Positions 7,906 to 15,605 of a stretch of 24,160 nt of DNA are shown in pieces. The position numbers and the translations under genes are program-made. The stretch lies in NCBI GenBank assembly GCA_031422435.1, contig JANPLU010000077.1, forward strand, positions 1 through 24,160, read 5' to 3'. This DNA is from Acaryochloridaceae cyanobacterium VAR_48_metabat_390 (GTDB taxonomy: Bacteria > Cyanobacteriota > Cyanobacteriia > Thermosynechococcales > Thermosynechococcaceae). Positions within the stretch are counted from its first letter, which is position 1. Each line of letters begins with the position of its first letter. The notes under the pieces were generated by a model. That model was given only the letters and a program-made list of their open reading frames with translations. It was not told the DNA's origin and searched no databases.

Positions 7906-9276
7906 TTATGAATTTCTCATTCTAGAAAGTAGGCTTTTTACTTCCTCTCGGCTCGAATTTGTCTCATTGTTTTGATTTGTCTCATTGTTTTCTCTACTAG
8001 CCTTAAGGGTTAAATATGTTCCTGAACTAATACCCTGTAGGGCTAATAATGTAGTATCAAATTCAGGCATTTTATATGTATTTATAACTTGATATAGAAA
8101 AATAAAACCAAGCAAGATAGTCCATATCACTATTTGGTATCTATGGATATTAACTTGCCCACTAGAGTCCGTAACAACATCTTGAAGAATATTTATTGAT
8201 TGCAGCTCATATTTATTTAATTGTTTTTTATTATCTAACAACTCCTTTTTTTTCTCAGCAGATTTCATTCTGCTGCTTTCTATTTTTATCCGTTTATCCT
8301 CTAGGGTTTGAATTTGAGAATTCTTGTCAGAATCATAGTCCAGATTTTTTTCATCTGATACATTGTCAATAATACTTGACCCAAGCGTAGTCAGAGAACC
8401 AATTCCTAGTAAAACCATTGACTGGCTTGTGACTATATTTGTGTAACTACCAGTAATAACGAACAAGCTCAAAAAAGAAAAGAAAATTATATAAAACCAC
8501 CAGGCTAACTGAGTTTTTGCAAGGCTATAACATCGCTTAGCTGTTATACCCGATGTCCGAAGAAGTCCGCCGTCTCTGAAACAAAGAAATATAGACAATA
8601 CAAGAATTATTAGTGGTAGCAATATCCAGAAAAATCGAACTAAATTCCATAAAGTAATTTTCAATATGAATTCTTGAGTTTGTGAAACTGCTTGTCCGTT
8701 TGGACATCCTACAGAAACTCTGACATCTTTTTCTATTTTTGAAGCATTACCTAATATGGCGCTCCATTGTGGATGAGAGTCTGCATCTGAGGTAAGCTCA
8801 AACTCTAACTCATTATTTGAAATAGAAGTGCCGTGAATATGGTTTAACGGATACCCATCTAGTTGTAATACGAGATTTTTGTAATTAAATGGTGTAAGTG
8901 TTCTTGTTTGACTATCTTGATTAAAGTTGTATGAATACCCTTGATTAATCGCTTTATCTATTCCTTCTATATATACACGAACTTTATCTCCCAGTGAAAC
9001 TGACTTTAGTTCTCCTGTAGTGAAGTCAGTAGTGACCTTTGATACCTTCAGTAAGATATTTTCATCTTTCGTATTTACTACTTTATTTACAGATGCTGTC
9101 TTCGTTCCTTTACTTGGCTCCAGTTTTTGTTCTACTCTTGCAATTGGAGATATTGAACATTGAGCTGATTCAGTTAACAAGGTTGATTGGGTATTTCCTG
9201 GTAAGTCAGTACAAAGTATTACAATAATTACCGCCAATGATATAAAAGGAAGAATTCTTCTATTTTTAGTTTTCAT
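7906..9276 (-). CDS. hypothetical polytopic membrane protein with an N-terminal signal/anchor, a periplasmic domain and a duplicated two-TM module
   Basis: 456 aa with an N-terminal hydrophobic segment and a TM helix near residue 215. Two related modules follow: SLAKTQLAWWFYIIFFSFL...SMVLLGIGSLTTLG and NIHRYQIVIWTILLGFIFL...TLLALQGISSGTYLT. Confidence 0.75.
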   Translation of the reverse strand: MKTKNRRILPFISLAVIIVILCTDLPGNTQSTLLTESAQCSISPIARVEQKLEPSKGTKTASVNKVVNTKDENILLKVSKVTTDFTTGELKSVSLGDKVRVYIEGIDKAINQGYSYNFNQDSQTRTLTPFNYKNLVLQLDGYPLNHIHGTSISNNELEFELTSDADSHPQWSAILGNASKIEKDVRVSVGCPNGQAVSQTQEFILKITLWNLVRFFWILLPLIILVLSIFLCFRDGGLLRTSGITAKRCYSLAKTQLAWWFYIIFFSFLSLFVITGSYTNIVTSQSMVLLGIGSLTTLGSSIIDNVSDEKNLDYDSDKNSQIQTLEDKRIKIESSRMKSAEKKKELLDNKKQLNKYELQSINILQDVVTDSSGQVNIHRYQIVIWTILLGFIFLYQVINTYKMPEFDTTLLALQGISSGTYLTLKASRENNETNQNNETNSSREEVKSLLSRMRNS

Positions 9277-9535
9277 ATTGTTAAATTTAATTTTATTATT
9301 AATTTTTATTATTTCAGCATCCTAGTTCAAAACTATTTACTCCTATTGTGAAGCTTTAGCCGCAGCCCACACCTATATGAGTGAGGATATGCCTGACTTT
9401 GATCCGTTGACTTGATTAAAGCAGTTATCTTGGAGCTTTCTGCCTACCTCAGAACCTATTCACTTTCAGCGTATAATGCTTCAGTCTTTTAGTTTTCTTT
9501 TAAAGTCAGAAAATTTAGTAATTTGTTTATCTACC

Positions 9536-9702
9536 CTTGGTGGTGCAGAAAACTTTTTAGATTCTCATGCGCAACAGAATAAGCGCTTAAAATAGAGGCT
9601 GAAACCCACTACCCTCGTTAAGTTTTGGGAAAATCCCAAAATTGCCATTTTGTCCGTAATCTTTTATTCAAAAGGGTTTCATGAGTTTTCTGAACCATCA
9701 AG
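9536..9702. mobile_element. MITE-like non-coding element, copy 2 (inverted relative to copy 1, about 38 bp longer)
   Basis: 19-bp terminal inverted repeats CTTGGTGGTGCAGAAAACT / AGTTTTCTGAACCATCAAG (17/19 match). The interior matches the reverse complement of 5255-5383. Confidence 0.8.
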
Positions 9703-9814
9703 CTACTTGACATAAGCACTAAGTGCTTCAAATCTATCCTTCATCTAGATGTTGCACTTCAAATTAGAATTTGCATATTCTTATTTATGGAAACGACAGG
9801 AGAGATTGGCTCAC

Positions 9815-10348
9815 TCATTTGTATATACGGGAACAATAGAATCTCTTCAACGGATGGTCTATGGGAAAAAATCATAAAAAATCAGGTTTTGCCTCAGAAA
9901 AAGTCAAATTATGTAAATAAATGTATAAATCCTTGTCCAGTAAATGTTCTAGGAGATTGTGGAGTTGAACAATTTTGGGCTATGTATAAAAATGAATTCG
10001 GTTAAAGAAGTGCTGCCGGTACTAGATGCCGTCCTGACTTCTGATGAGCTAAGTAATCTCCTAGAATTCATCGTGCGCGAATGCTGGCAAAGGAGAAAAC
10101 CATGCCAATTCGCCCAAACCATAGGCTACGATGACAACTACATCGGCGGTGTTGGGCTTCAGTTCTAATGGCGATTGTCCCCAACCCTTAACGAAAAAGC
10201 TTTCAATGGCAACTTCAAAGCTGTGCTGCGCTGTCGTGCCCAAGGGCAGCATGCTACAGCTTTAGCACTATCGCGCTTAGTTGATCAGGGCACTGCTGCC
10301 GATGTGCTGGTCTTTCTTGGGCGCGATTAATCTATCGCCCCCATCCAA
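9815..10348 (+). repeat. diverged direct repeat of 11697-12253 (upstream region plus 5' end of the NB-ARC/WD40 gene)
   Basis: Shares the collinear blocks TCATTTGTATAT, AAAAATCATAAAAAATC, GGAGATTGTGG, GATGCCGTCCTGACT, GGCTACGATGAC, GCAACTTCAAA and GCTGCCGATGT. Confidence 0.85.
9992..10348 (+). pseudogene. truncated paralog of the N-terminal HTH region of the NB-ARC/WD40 gene
   Basis: MNSVKEVLPVLDAVLTSDELSNLLEFIVRECW...IGYDDNYIGGVGLQF* compared with the intact MKSVEEVLSVLDAVLTPVGLSNLQELIVRGCW...TGYDDDYIRDVGFQLW. TAA at 10166-10168 replaces the Trp codon, and similarity stops before Walker A. Confidence 0.85.
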
Positions 10349-10457
10349 AGATTTTACTCAATGTCAAAGTTTTTCCTAACCCGTCTCGCTCGAGCATGCT
10401 GCGCTCAGACCTTGAGCTTATGTTTATATGGCAAGAAATTTAGGGTTGGCAATTGTC

Positions 10458-10697
10458 TTATTGCTGATTATTTTGAAGCCAACTTGTCAAATCATTAGGG
10501 CTTGAGAAATCTAGTAGAGCCTCACCCAATGCTTCGATCTGCGTTAAGGGTAAAGTTTGCACCTGCGACCTTACTTCAGAAGACATGTCGCCGATACGCC
10601 GCGAGAGTTGCCGGAGAACCAGCGAAAGAGCCTCTTCGAATTTGCCTTCTTGCAAAAACTCTTCTCGCCACTCTTGATAGATCACAGATTGCTGCAT
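10458..10697 (-). CDS. putative nested in-frame small protein (RpnS-like antitoxin, 79 aa)
   Basis: In-frame ATG at 10697 (MQQSVIYQEW...) preceded by GGAG with a 7-nt spacer (CGGAGAGAAATC-ATG). The product would cover exactly the C-terminal domain. Confidence 0.55.
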   Translation of the reverse strand: MQQSVIYQEWREEFLQEGKFEEALSLVLRQLSRRIGDMSSEVRSQVQTLPLTQIEALGEALLDFSSPNDLTSWLQNNQQ

Positions 10698-11288
10698 GAT
10701 TTCTCTCCGAAGCACCTGATGAATGAAATCTTTCTTCAATACTAGCCCAGCCAGAAGACTGGCAGAAGCCACAAGGTTAGCCTGAGTTCTTACCTCAGGA
10801 ATCGCGTCAATGTGTAAAGCAACCTGCCGTAGGGTATTTTTTTTATCTTGAGTATTGGATAAAACCGCCAAAGGCAGTAACCCTGTAGCCTCAAAAAATA
10901 TATCCGTGGGCTGCTCCCAGAGGCGGATGACCTCAAATTCATGCCGAGTACCAGGAATAATAAAAGCAGTCTGGTAAACCAGTTCAGAATTAGTGGGGTT
11001 CAAATAAATGACAATCTGCCGCACTTGCTTTTTAGGAAATCGCCGAAAAATTCTGAGGCGATAATCCGCCAGCCTAAAAGGCATATCAGGGTCAGGTTCG
11101 GTTTGAAACTCGGCATGGAGAATCAGATCTTCAGAGTCGAGCAAAATTAAAGCATCTGCGCGAATGGGTTCAAGGGAGAGTTCTGAAGGGCTGAGTTTAG
11201 AAAAAACGATTGGTTTGCCGAGTAACCAAGCGGCAAAATCGCTAGAAAAGCTCTCAGCGAGGAACTTACAGGTAGAATCAAACGCCAT
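10458..11288 (-). CDS. Rpn-family recombination-promoting nuclease / putative transposase with a DUF4351-type C-terminus
   Basis: MAFDSTCKFLAE start, PD-(D/E)XK-like IRADAL...HAEFQT motif, MPFRLADY, and C-terminal IEALGEALLDFSSPNDLTSWL. Confidence 0.9.
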   Translation of the reverse strand: MAFDSTCKFLAESFSSDFAAWLLGKPIVFSKLSPSELSLEPIRADALILLDSEDLILHAEFQTEPDPDMPFRLADYRLRIFRRFPKKQVRQIVIYLNPTNSELVYQTAFIIPGTRHEFEVIRLWEQPTDIFFEATGLLPLAVLSNTQDKKNTLRQVALHIDAIPEVRTQANLVASASLLAGLVLKKDFIHQVLRREIMQQSVIYQEWREEFLQEGKFEEALSLVLRQLSRRIGDMSSEVRSQVQTLPLTQIEALGEALLDFSSPNDLTSWLQNNQQ

Positions 11289-11360
11289 TGAAGAACTTTA
11301 GCATTGAGTTGTTAGCTAGGGCTAAAGCTTCGCCTCTTTAGATCAGGGATTGCTTGGATT

Positions 11361-11507
11361 CTGTAAATTGGTGCGCCCTACTGGATGCCCAAAGTTGGAT
11401 TGGGCATTGATCGCCATTAGACGGAGATAGTAGGCTGGCAGCGAAAAGTTTTGACTTAGCTTAATGCCCAAGGCGATCGCCCTTCAACCGCCCTCGAGCA
11501 AGAACGT
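11361..11507 (+). pseudogene. Uma2 (DUF820) endonuclease C-terminal relic
   Basis: Reads L*IGAPYWMPKVGLGIDRH*TEIVGWQRKVLT*LNAQGDRPSTALEQER, resembling the Uma2 tail LQIGEPYWMPEVGLGIGR...EVLTWFDxQGDRYLTAxEQER. Three in-frame stops. Confidence 0.65.
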
Positions 11508-11604
11508 AACCTACAGCACCGTTGGGGATTGATTTGCGATCATCGCAAGGGGTCGACCCCAATCATCTACCAGAATAGAAAAGATCGATTTATCTTCAGA
11601 GAAA

Positions 11605-11642
11605 TCAAACATAGGGCCGCATTGAGAAAGCCCTATGTTTGA
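11605..11642. repeat. perfect 13-bp stem-loop between the divergent rpn and NB-ARC genes
   Basis: TCAAACATAGGGC-(12 nt)-GCCCTATGTTTGA. Confidence 0.75.
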
Positions 11643-11878
11643 CCCTTGAGATTGTGGACATTGCTGACCGTGGAGGCGGGGGGAAGCCTTAAGCAGTCAT
11701 TTGTATATCCACTGACAATGTAAATCCTCTTGGAGGTTTAGGCTGTGATGAAAAATCATAAAAAATCTGATTTTTGCCTTGGAAAAGGTTAAATTGAGTG
11801 CATAAATGCATAAGCCCCTGTTTAGAGATTGTTCTGGGAGATTGTGGGGTTAAACAAGTTGGGGCAAGGGGATCACGA

Positions 11879-14800
11879 ATGAAGTCTGTTGAGGAAGTGC
11901 TGTCGGTGCTGGATGCCGTCCTGACTCCTGTTGGGCTGAGCAACCTCCAAGAGCTGATCGTGCGCGGATGCTGGGAGGGGCAAACCTATACCCAAATTGC
12001 CGAAACCACAGGCTACGATGACGACTACATCCGCGATGTAGGGTTTCAGCTTTGGCGCAAATTGTCCCAAACCCTTGGCGAAAAAGTTTCTAAAAGCAAC
12101 TTCAAAACTGTGTTGCGTCGTCATGCCCCAGAACAGCGCCCTCCTACAGCTTTGGCTTCTGTTTCAGCGATGCTCCGTGGGGCTGACTGGGGCACCGCTG
12201 CCGATGTCCCGCTCTTTTTTGGACGCGATCGCGAGTTCATCACCCTCACCCAATGGGTAAAAGATCATCACTGTCGGCTCATCAGCATTTTGGGCATGGG
12301 CGGCATGGGCAAGACCTCCTTTACGACTCGCTTTGCCCACGCTTTGCAAGACGAATTTGATGGGCTGATCTGGCGATCGCTCAAAGCCGCCCCACCGCTT
12401 AACGACCTTCTGAACAATTTACTCAAGGCTTTGGCACCTTCCCCTGACCAACCCCTGCCCGATAATATTCCTGGCAAACTCGAAACACTGATTGAATACC
12501 TGCGCCAAAGCCGCTGCCTCATTATTTTGGATAACTTCGACGTACTGCTGCAGGCAGAGCAGCTAGGCGGCATATTTCAACCTGACCATGAAGACTATGG
12601 CGAACTGCTTCAGTACGTGGGGGCGATTGCCCACAGTAGCTGCGTTCTCATCACAAGCCGTGAGAAACCAGAAGGGATTGATGGGATGGAGGGCGATCGC
12701 CTCCCCGTCCGCACTCTTTACCTGGAGGGGTTAGACAACGCCGCCAGCGCCAAAATTCTTCACCAAAAACAACTCATCGGGACAAAACAAGACCTTCAGT
12801 GCCTCATCGACTACTACCGAGGCCATCCCCTCGCCCTCAAAATTATTGCCACCTCCATCCGCGATTTATTTGATGGCAACATCGCCCAGTTCTTGGAGCA
12901 GGGGGCCGGCGTTTTTAATGGACTCCAAAAGCTCCTCGCCAAACAGCTAGAGCGCCTCTCAACCCTAGAGCAAGCCATTCTCTACTGGTTAGCCATCAAC
13001 CATGAACCCGTCTTGGTCGAACAGCTCCAAGCAGATTTAGTCCCAGAGCCAGCGAAGGCAAAGCTGCTGGAAGCGTTGGAGTCACTTAAACGGCGATCTC
13101 TCATCGAGACGGCACAGACAGCCCTCACCCTAGCCCTCTCCCACGGGGAGAGGGAACAAGAAAATCCCCCATCCAATGCAACAACCGAGCGGCGACGTAA
13201 CCGCTTACGCCTCTTTCCCCACGGGAAAGGAGTTGGGGGTGAAGGCGATTCCATTCGCTTCACCCTCCAGCCCGTCATCATGGAATGTCTTCTGGATGAT
13301 CTCGTTCAGAGAGTTTGTGGCGAAATCAAGGCGATCGCGCCCCAAGTTTTCCTCAGCCATGCCCTCATCAAAGCCCAAACCGAAGACAACCTTCGCGATT
13401 GTCAAACCCGCCTGATTTTGCAACCCCTCACCGCCCAACTCATGGGGCACTTTGGCAGTGCGATCGCCCTGTCTCAGCACCTGCAAACCCTATGCCAACA
13501 TTTGCAAACCCTGCCCACCCATCAGATCGGCTACGGCGGCGGCAATCTCCTGAACCTATTTCGCCACCTCAAAACTGATCTCACAGGCCATGACTTTTCT
13601 GGTCTAACCCTGCGTCAGGCTATCCTGCACGATATTTCTCTGAAGCAGACCAACTTTGCCCAAGCCACCTTTCGGCAGTGCAGCTTTGCCAACACCTTTG
13701 GCGGTATTACCAGCATTGCCTTTAGCCCCGATGGCAACCGCTTTGCCACCTGCGATAGCAACGGCAATGTTGCCCTGTGGTCTGTGACAGGAATGCACCC
13801 TACCGCCAAATGTATTGGGCATGATTTCTGGACTTGGGCCGTCACCTTTAGCCCCAATAGTGCGCGACTTGCCAGTTGCGGGCAGGATCAAACCATTCGC
13901 CTATGGGACACCGCCACAGGTCACTGTCATAAAATCCTGAAAGGGCACACCAACATCGTGACCGATGTGACCTTCAGCCCTGATGGGTCTTCTTTGCTAA
14001 GCTGCAGCACCGATGGCACCGTCAAACTGTGGAATCTGGCGACGGGAAACTGTGTGCAAACCTTTAGGGGACACGAGAAGTGCGTTTGGGGTGTCGTTTT
14101 TGCCCCCGATGGACAGCATTGCTACAGCGGCGGCGAAGATAACTGCATTCGCTACTGGGATCTGCACACTGGTGAGTGCCTCAACGTCTTTACTGGACAC
14201 ACTCAATGGATCATGGCGATCGCCCTCAGCCCCGATGGACTCCAGATTGCCAGCGCCAGCTTGGACGGCACCCTCAAAGTGTGGTGTACTGCCACTGCCA
14301 ATTGTCTGCATACGCTATTGGGTCATCCAGCACCTGCCCTCAGCGTGGCCTTTAGCCCCAACGGTCACACCCTTGCCAGCGGCAGCTACGACCAAACCGT
14401 TCGCCTCTGGAATATCCATAGCGGCGCTTGCACCCAGATCCTCAAAAAACATACCAACCGCATCTGGTGCGTTAAATTCCATCCCAGCGGCACCCTCCTT
14501 GCCAGCGGTGGCGATGACCACACCACGCGGTTTTGGAACCCTGTCACGGGCGAACCCACCACCACCCTTCAGGGTCACAGCAACGGCATTTATGCAATTT
14601 CGCTACATCCTAACGGCACCCTTCTGGCCAGCGCCCATGAAGATCAAACCGTGCGCCTGTGGCAAGTGCCCCCAGAACCCATGACCACCGCTCAACTCCC
14701 CCTTGAGCCATTCCAAACCCTGCGGGGACACCAAAACCGGATACTGGCGATCGCCTTTAGCCCCGACGGTCACACCCTCGCCAGCGGTAGCCTTGATCGC

Positions 14801-15601
14801 ACCATTAAACTCTGGAACCCAGAGACGTATCAGTGCCGCATTACCCTCCAAGGCCACCAAAGCTGGATCTGGGATGTTGCCTTTCACCCCAATGGCAAAA
14901 CCCTTGCCAGTGCCAGCTACGATCGCACCGTGAAGCTATGGGATCTCCAAACAGGCCACTGCACCCATACCCTTGAAGGCCATCTCGGTTCAGCCCTCTC
15001 CGTTGCCTTTAGCCCCGATGGACAATGGCTTGTCAGTGGCGGCTACGAACAAATGCTGAAGCTGTGGAAGCCAGAGTCCGGTGAATGCGTTCGCACTTGG
15101 TACGCCCACCCCAATCGCGTCTGGGCAGTGGCCTTTAGCCCCAATAGTCAGTGGTTAGCCACCGCTGGAGAAGACGGCAATATTATTCTGTGGGATGTAG
15201 AAACAGGCGATCGCCTCCAAACCCTCAGCGGTCATCTGCAATCAGTTTTGTGCGTGCGTTTCAGTGAAGATGGTCAACGGTTGTTCAGCAGCAGCGGCGA
15301 TCGCACCGTTAAACAATGGGATGTACAGACGGGTCAATGTCTCCAAACCTTTGCGGGTCACGAACACTGGGTCTGGTCTTTAGCATTAGTCCCTGTCAAT
15401 ATCCTCCTGAGCGGGAGTCAAGATGAAATCATTCAACGTTGGCACTTAAAAACAGGGCAACCCCTTCAACGATTAGAAGTTCCCCGTCCCTATGCAGGCA
15501 TGAATATTACAGGTGCTAAAGGCTTGACCGATGCTCAACGCCAAACGCTGACGGTTTTAGGGGCTGGAGATCGCGAGATTGGTTCTTGCCTCTCACCCTA
15601 A
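11879..15601 (+). CDS. STAND NTPase: N-terminal HTH + NB-ARC + pentapeptide linker + about 14 WD40 repeats (NLR-like)
   Basis: Walker A GMGGMGKT, Walker B LIILDNFD, LITSRE, GHPLALK, pentapeptide-like DLTGHDFSGLTLRQA and 14 GH...W repeats. The start is placed at ATG 11879 (MKSVEE), which is conserved in the paralogous copy, rather than at GTG 11798. Confidence 0.92.
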   Translation: MKSVEEVLSVLDAVLTPVGLSNLQELIVRGCWEGQTYTQIAETTGYDDDYIRDVGFQLWRKLSQTLGEKVSKSNFKTVLRRHAPEQRPPTALASVSAMLRGADWGTAADVPLFFGRDREFITLTQWVKDHHCRLISILGMGGMGKTSFTTRFAHALQDEFDGLIWRSLKAAPPLNDLLNNLLKALAPSPDQPLPDNIPGKLETLIEYLRQSRCLIILDNFDVLLQAEQLGGIFQPDHEDYGELLQYVGAIAHSSCVLITSREKPEGIDGMEGDRLPVRTLYLEGLDNAASAKILHQKQLIGTKQDLQCLIDYYRGHPLALKIIATSIRDLFDGNIAQFLEQGAGVFNGLQKLLAKQLERLSTLEQAILYWLAINHEPVLVEQLQADLVPEPAKAKLLEALESLKRRSLIETAQTALTLALSHGEREQENPPSNATTERRRNRLRLFPHGKGVGGEGDSIRFTLQPVIMECLLDDLVQRVCGEIKAIAPQVFLSHALIKAQTEDNLRDCQTRLILQPLTAQLMGHFGSAIALSQHLQTLCQHLQTLPTHQIGYGGGNLLNLFRHLKTDLTGHDFSGLTLRQAILHDISLKQTNFAQATFRQCSFANTFGGITSIAFSPDGNRFATCDSNGNVALWSVTGMHPTAKCIGHDFWTWAVTFSPNSARLASCGQDQTIRLWDTATGHCHKILKGHTNIVTDVTFSPDGSSLLSCSTDGTVKLWNLATGNCVQTFRGHEKCVWGVVFAPDGQHCYSGGEDNCIRYWDLHTGECLNVFTGHTQWIMAIALSPDGLQIASASLDGTLKVWCTATANCLHTLLGHPAPALSVAFSPNGHTLASGSYDQTVRLWNIHSGACTQILKKHTNRIWCVKFHPSGTLLASGGDDHTTRFWNPVTGEPTTTLQGHSNGIYAISLHPNGTLLASAHEDQTVRLWQVPPEPMTTAQLPLEPFQTLRGHQNRILAIAFSPDGHTLASGSLDRTIKLWNPETYQCRITLQGHQSWIWDVAFHPNGKTLASASYDRTVKLWDLQTGHCTHTLEGHLGSALSVAFSPDGQWLVSGGYEQMLKLWKPESGECVRTWYAHPNRVWAVAFSPNSQWLATAGEDGNIILWDVETGDRLQTLSGHLQSVLCVRFSEDGQRLFSSSGDRTVKQWDVQTGQCLQTFAGHEHWVWSLALVPVNILLSGSQDEIIQRWHLKTGQPLQRLEVPRPYAGMNITGAKGLTDAQRQTLTVLGAGDREIGSCLSP
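13121..13246. repeat. 126-bp palindromic short dispersed repeat inserted in frame in the NB-ARC gene
   Basis: Termini GCCCTCACCC / GGGTGAAGGC form a 9/10 inverted match. Internal hairpins are CCCTCTCCC-ACG-GGGAGAGGG and CTTTCCC-CAC-GGGAAAG. The insert is exactly 42 codons. Confidence 0.8.
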
Positions 15602-15605
15602 TGTT

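Noticed and set aside
7957..7991. 18-bp tandem duplication (NNETNQ/NNETNS) at the 3' end of the membrane protein gene
   Set aside because: Only two units in a low-complexity tail; ordinary slippage.
9338..9460. protein-like frame YSYCEALAAAHTYMSEDMPDFDPLT*LKQLSWSFLP on the + strand
   Set aside because: May be another gene relic, but I cannot assign a family without a search.
5540..9535. prophage interpretation of the lysozyme cassette
   Set aside because: No integrase, structural, packaging or replication genes in the window.
9787..10005. 72-aa ORF resembling the GTG-started N-terminal extension of the NB-ARC ORF
   Set aside because: The similarity comes from duplicated upstream DNA. The frame relative to the ATG differs between the copies, so the extension is probably non-coding.
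11387..11408. 8-bp inverted repeat ATGCCCAA/TTGGGCAT
   Set aside because: Falls inside the Uma2 relic coding sequence; likely coincidental.
12075..14933. many overlapping antisense and alternative-frame ORFs in the NB-ARC gene
   Set aside because: Shadow ORFs expected from GC-rich repetitive coding sequence; no recognisable motifs.
13690..15450. ~126-bp periodic repeats (TTTAGCCCC...) as a possible CRISPR array or DGR
   Set aside because: They are diverged WD40 coding repeats. There is no constant repeat-spacer pattern, and no cas or reverse transcriptase gene in the window.
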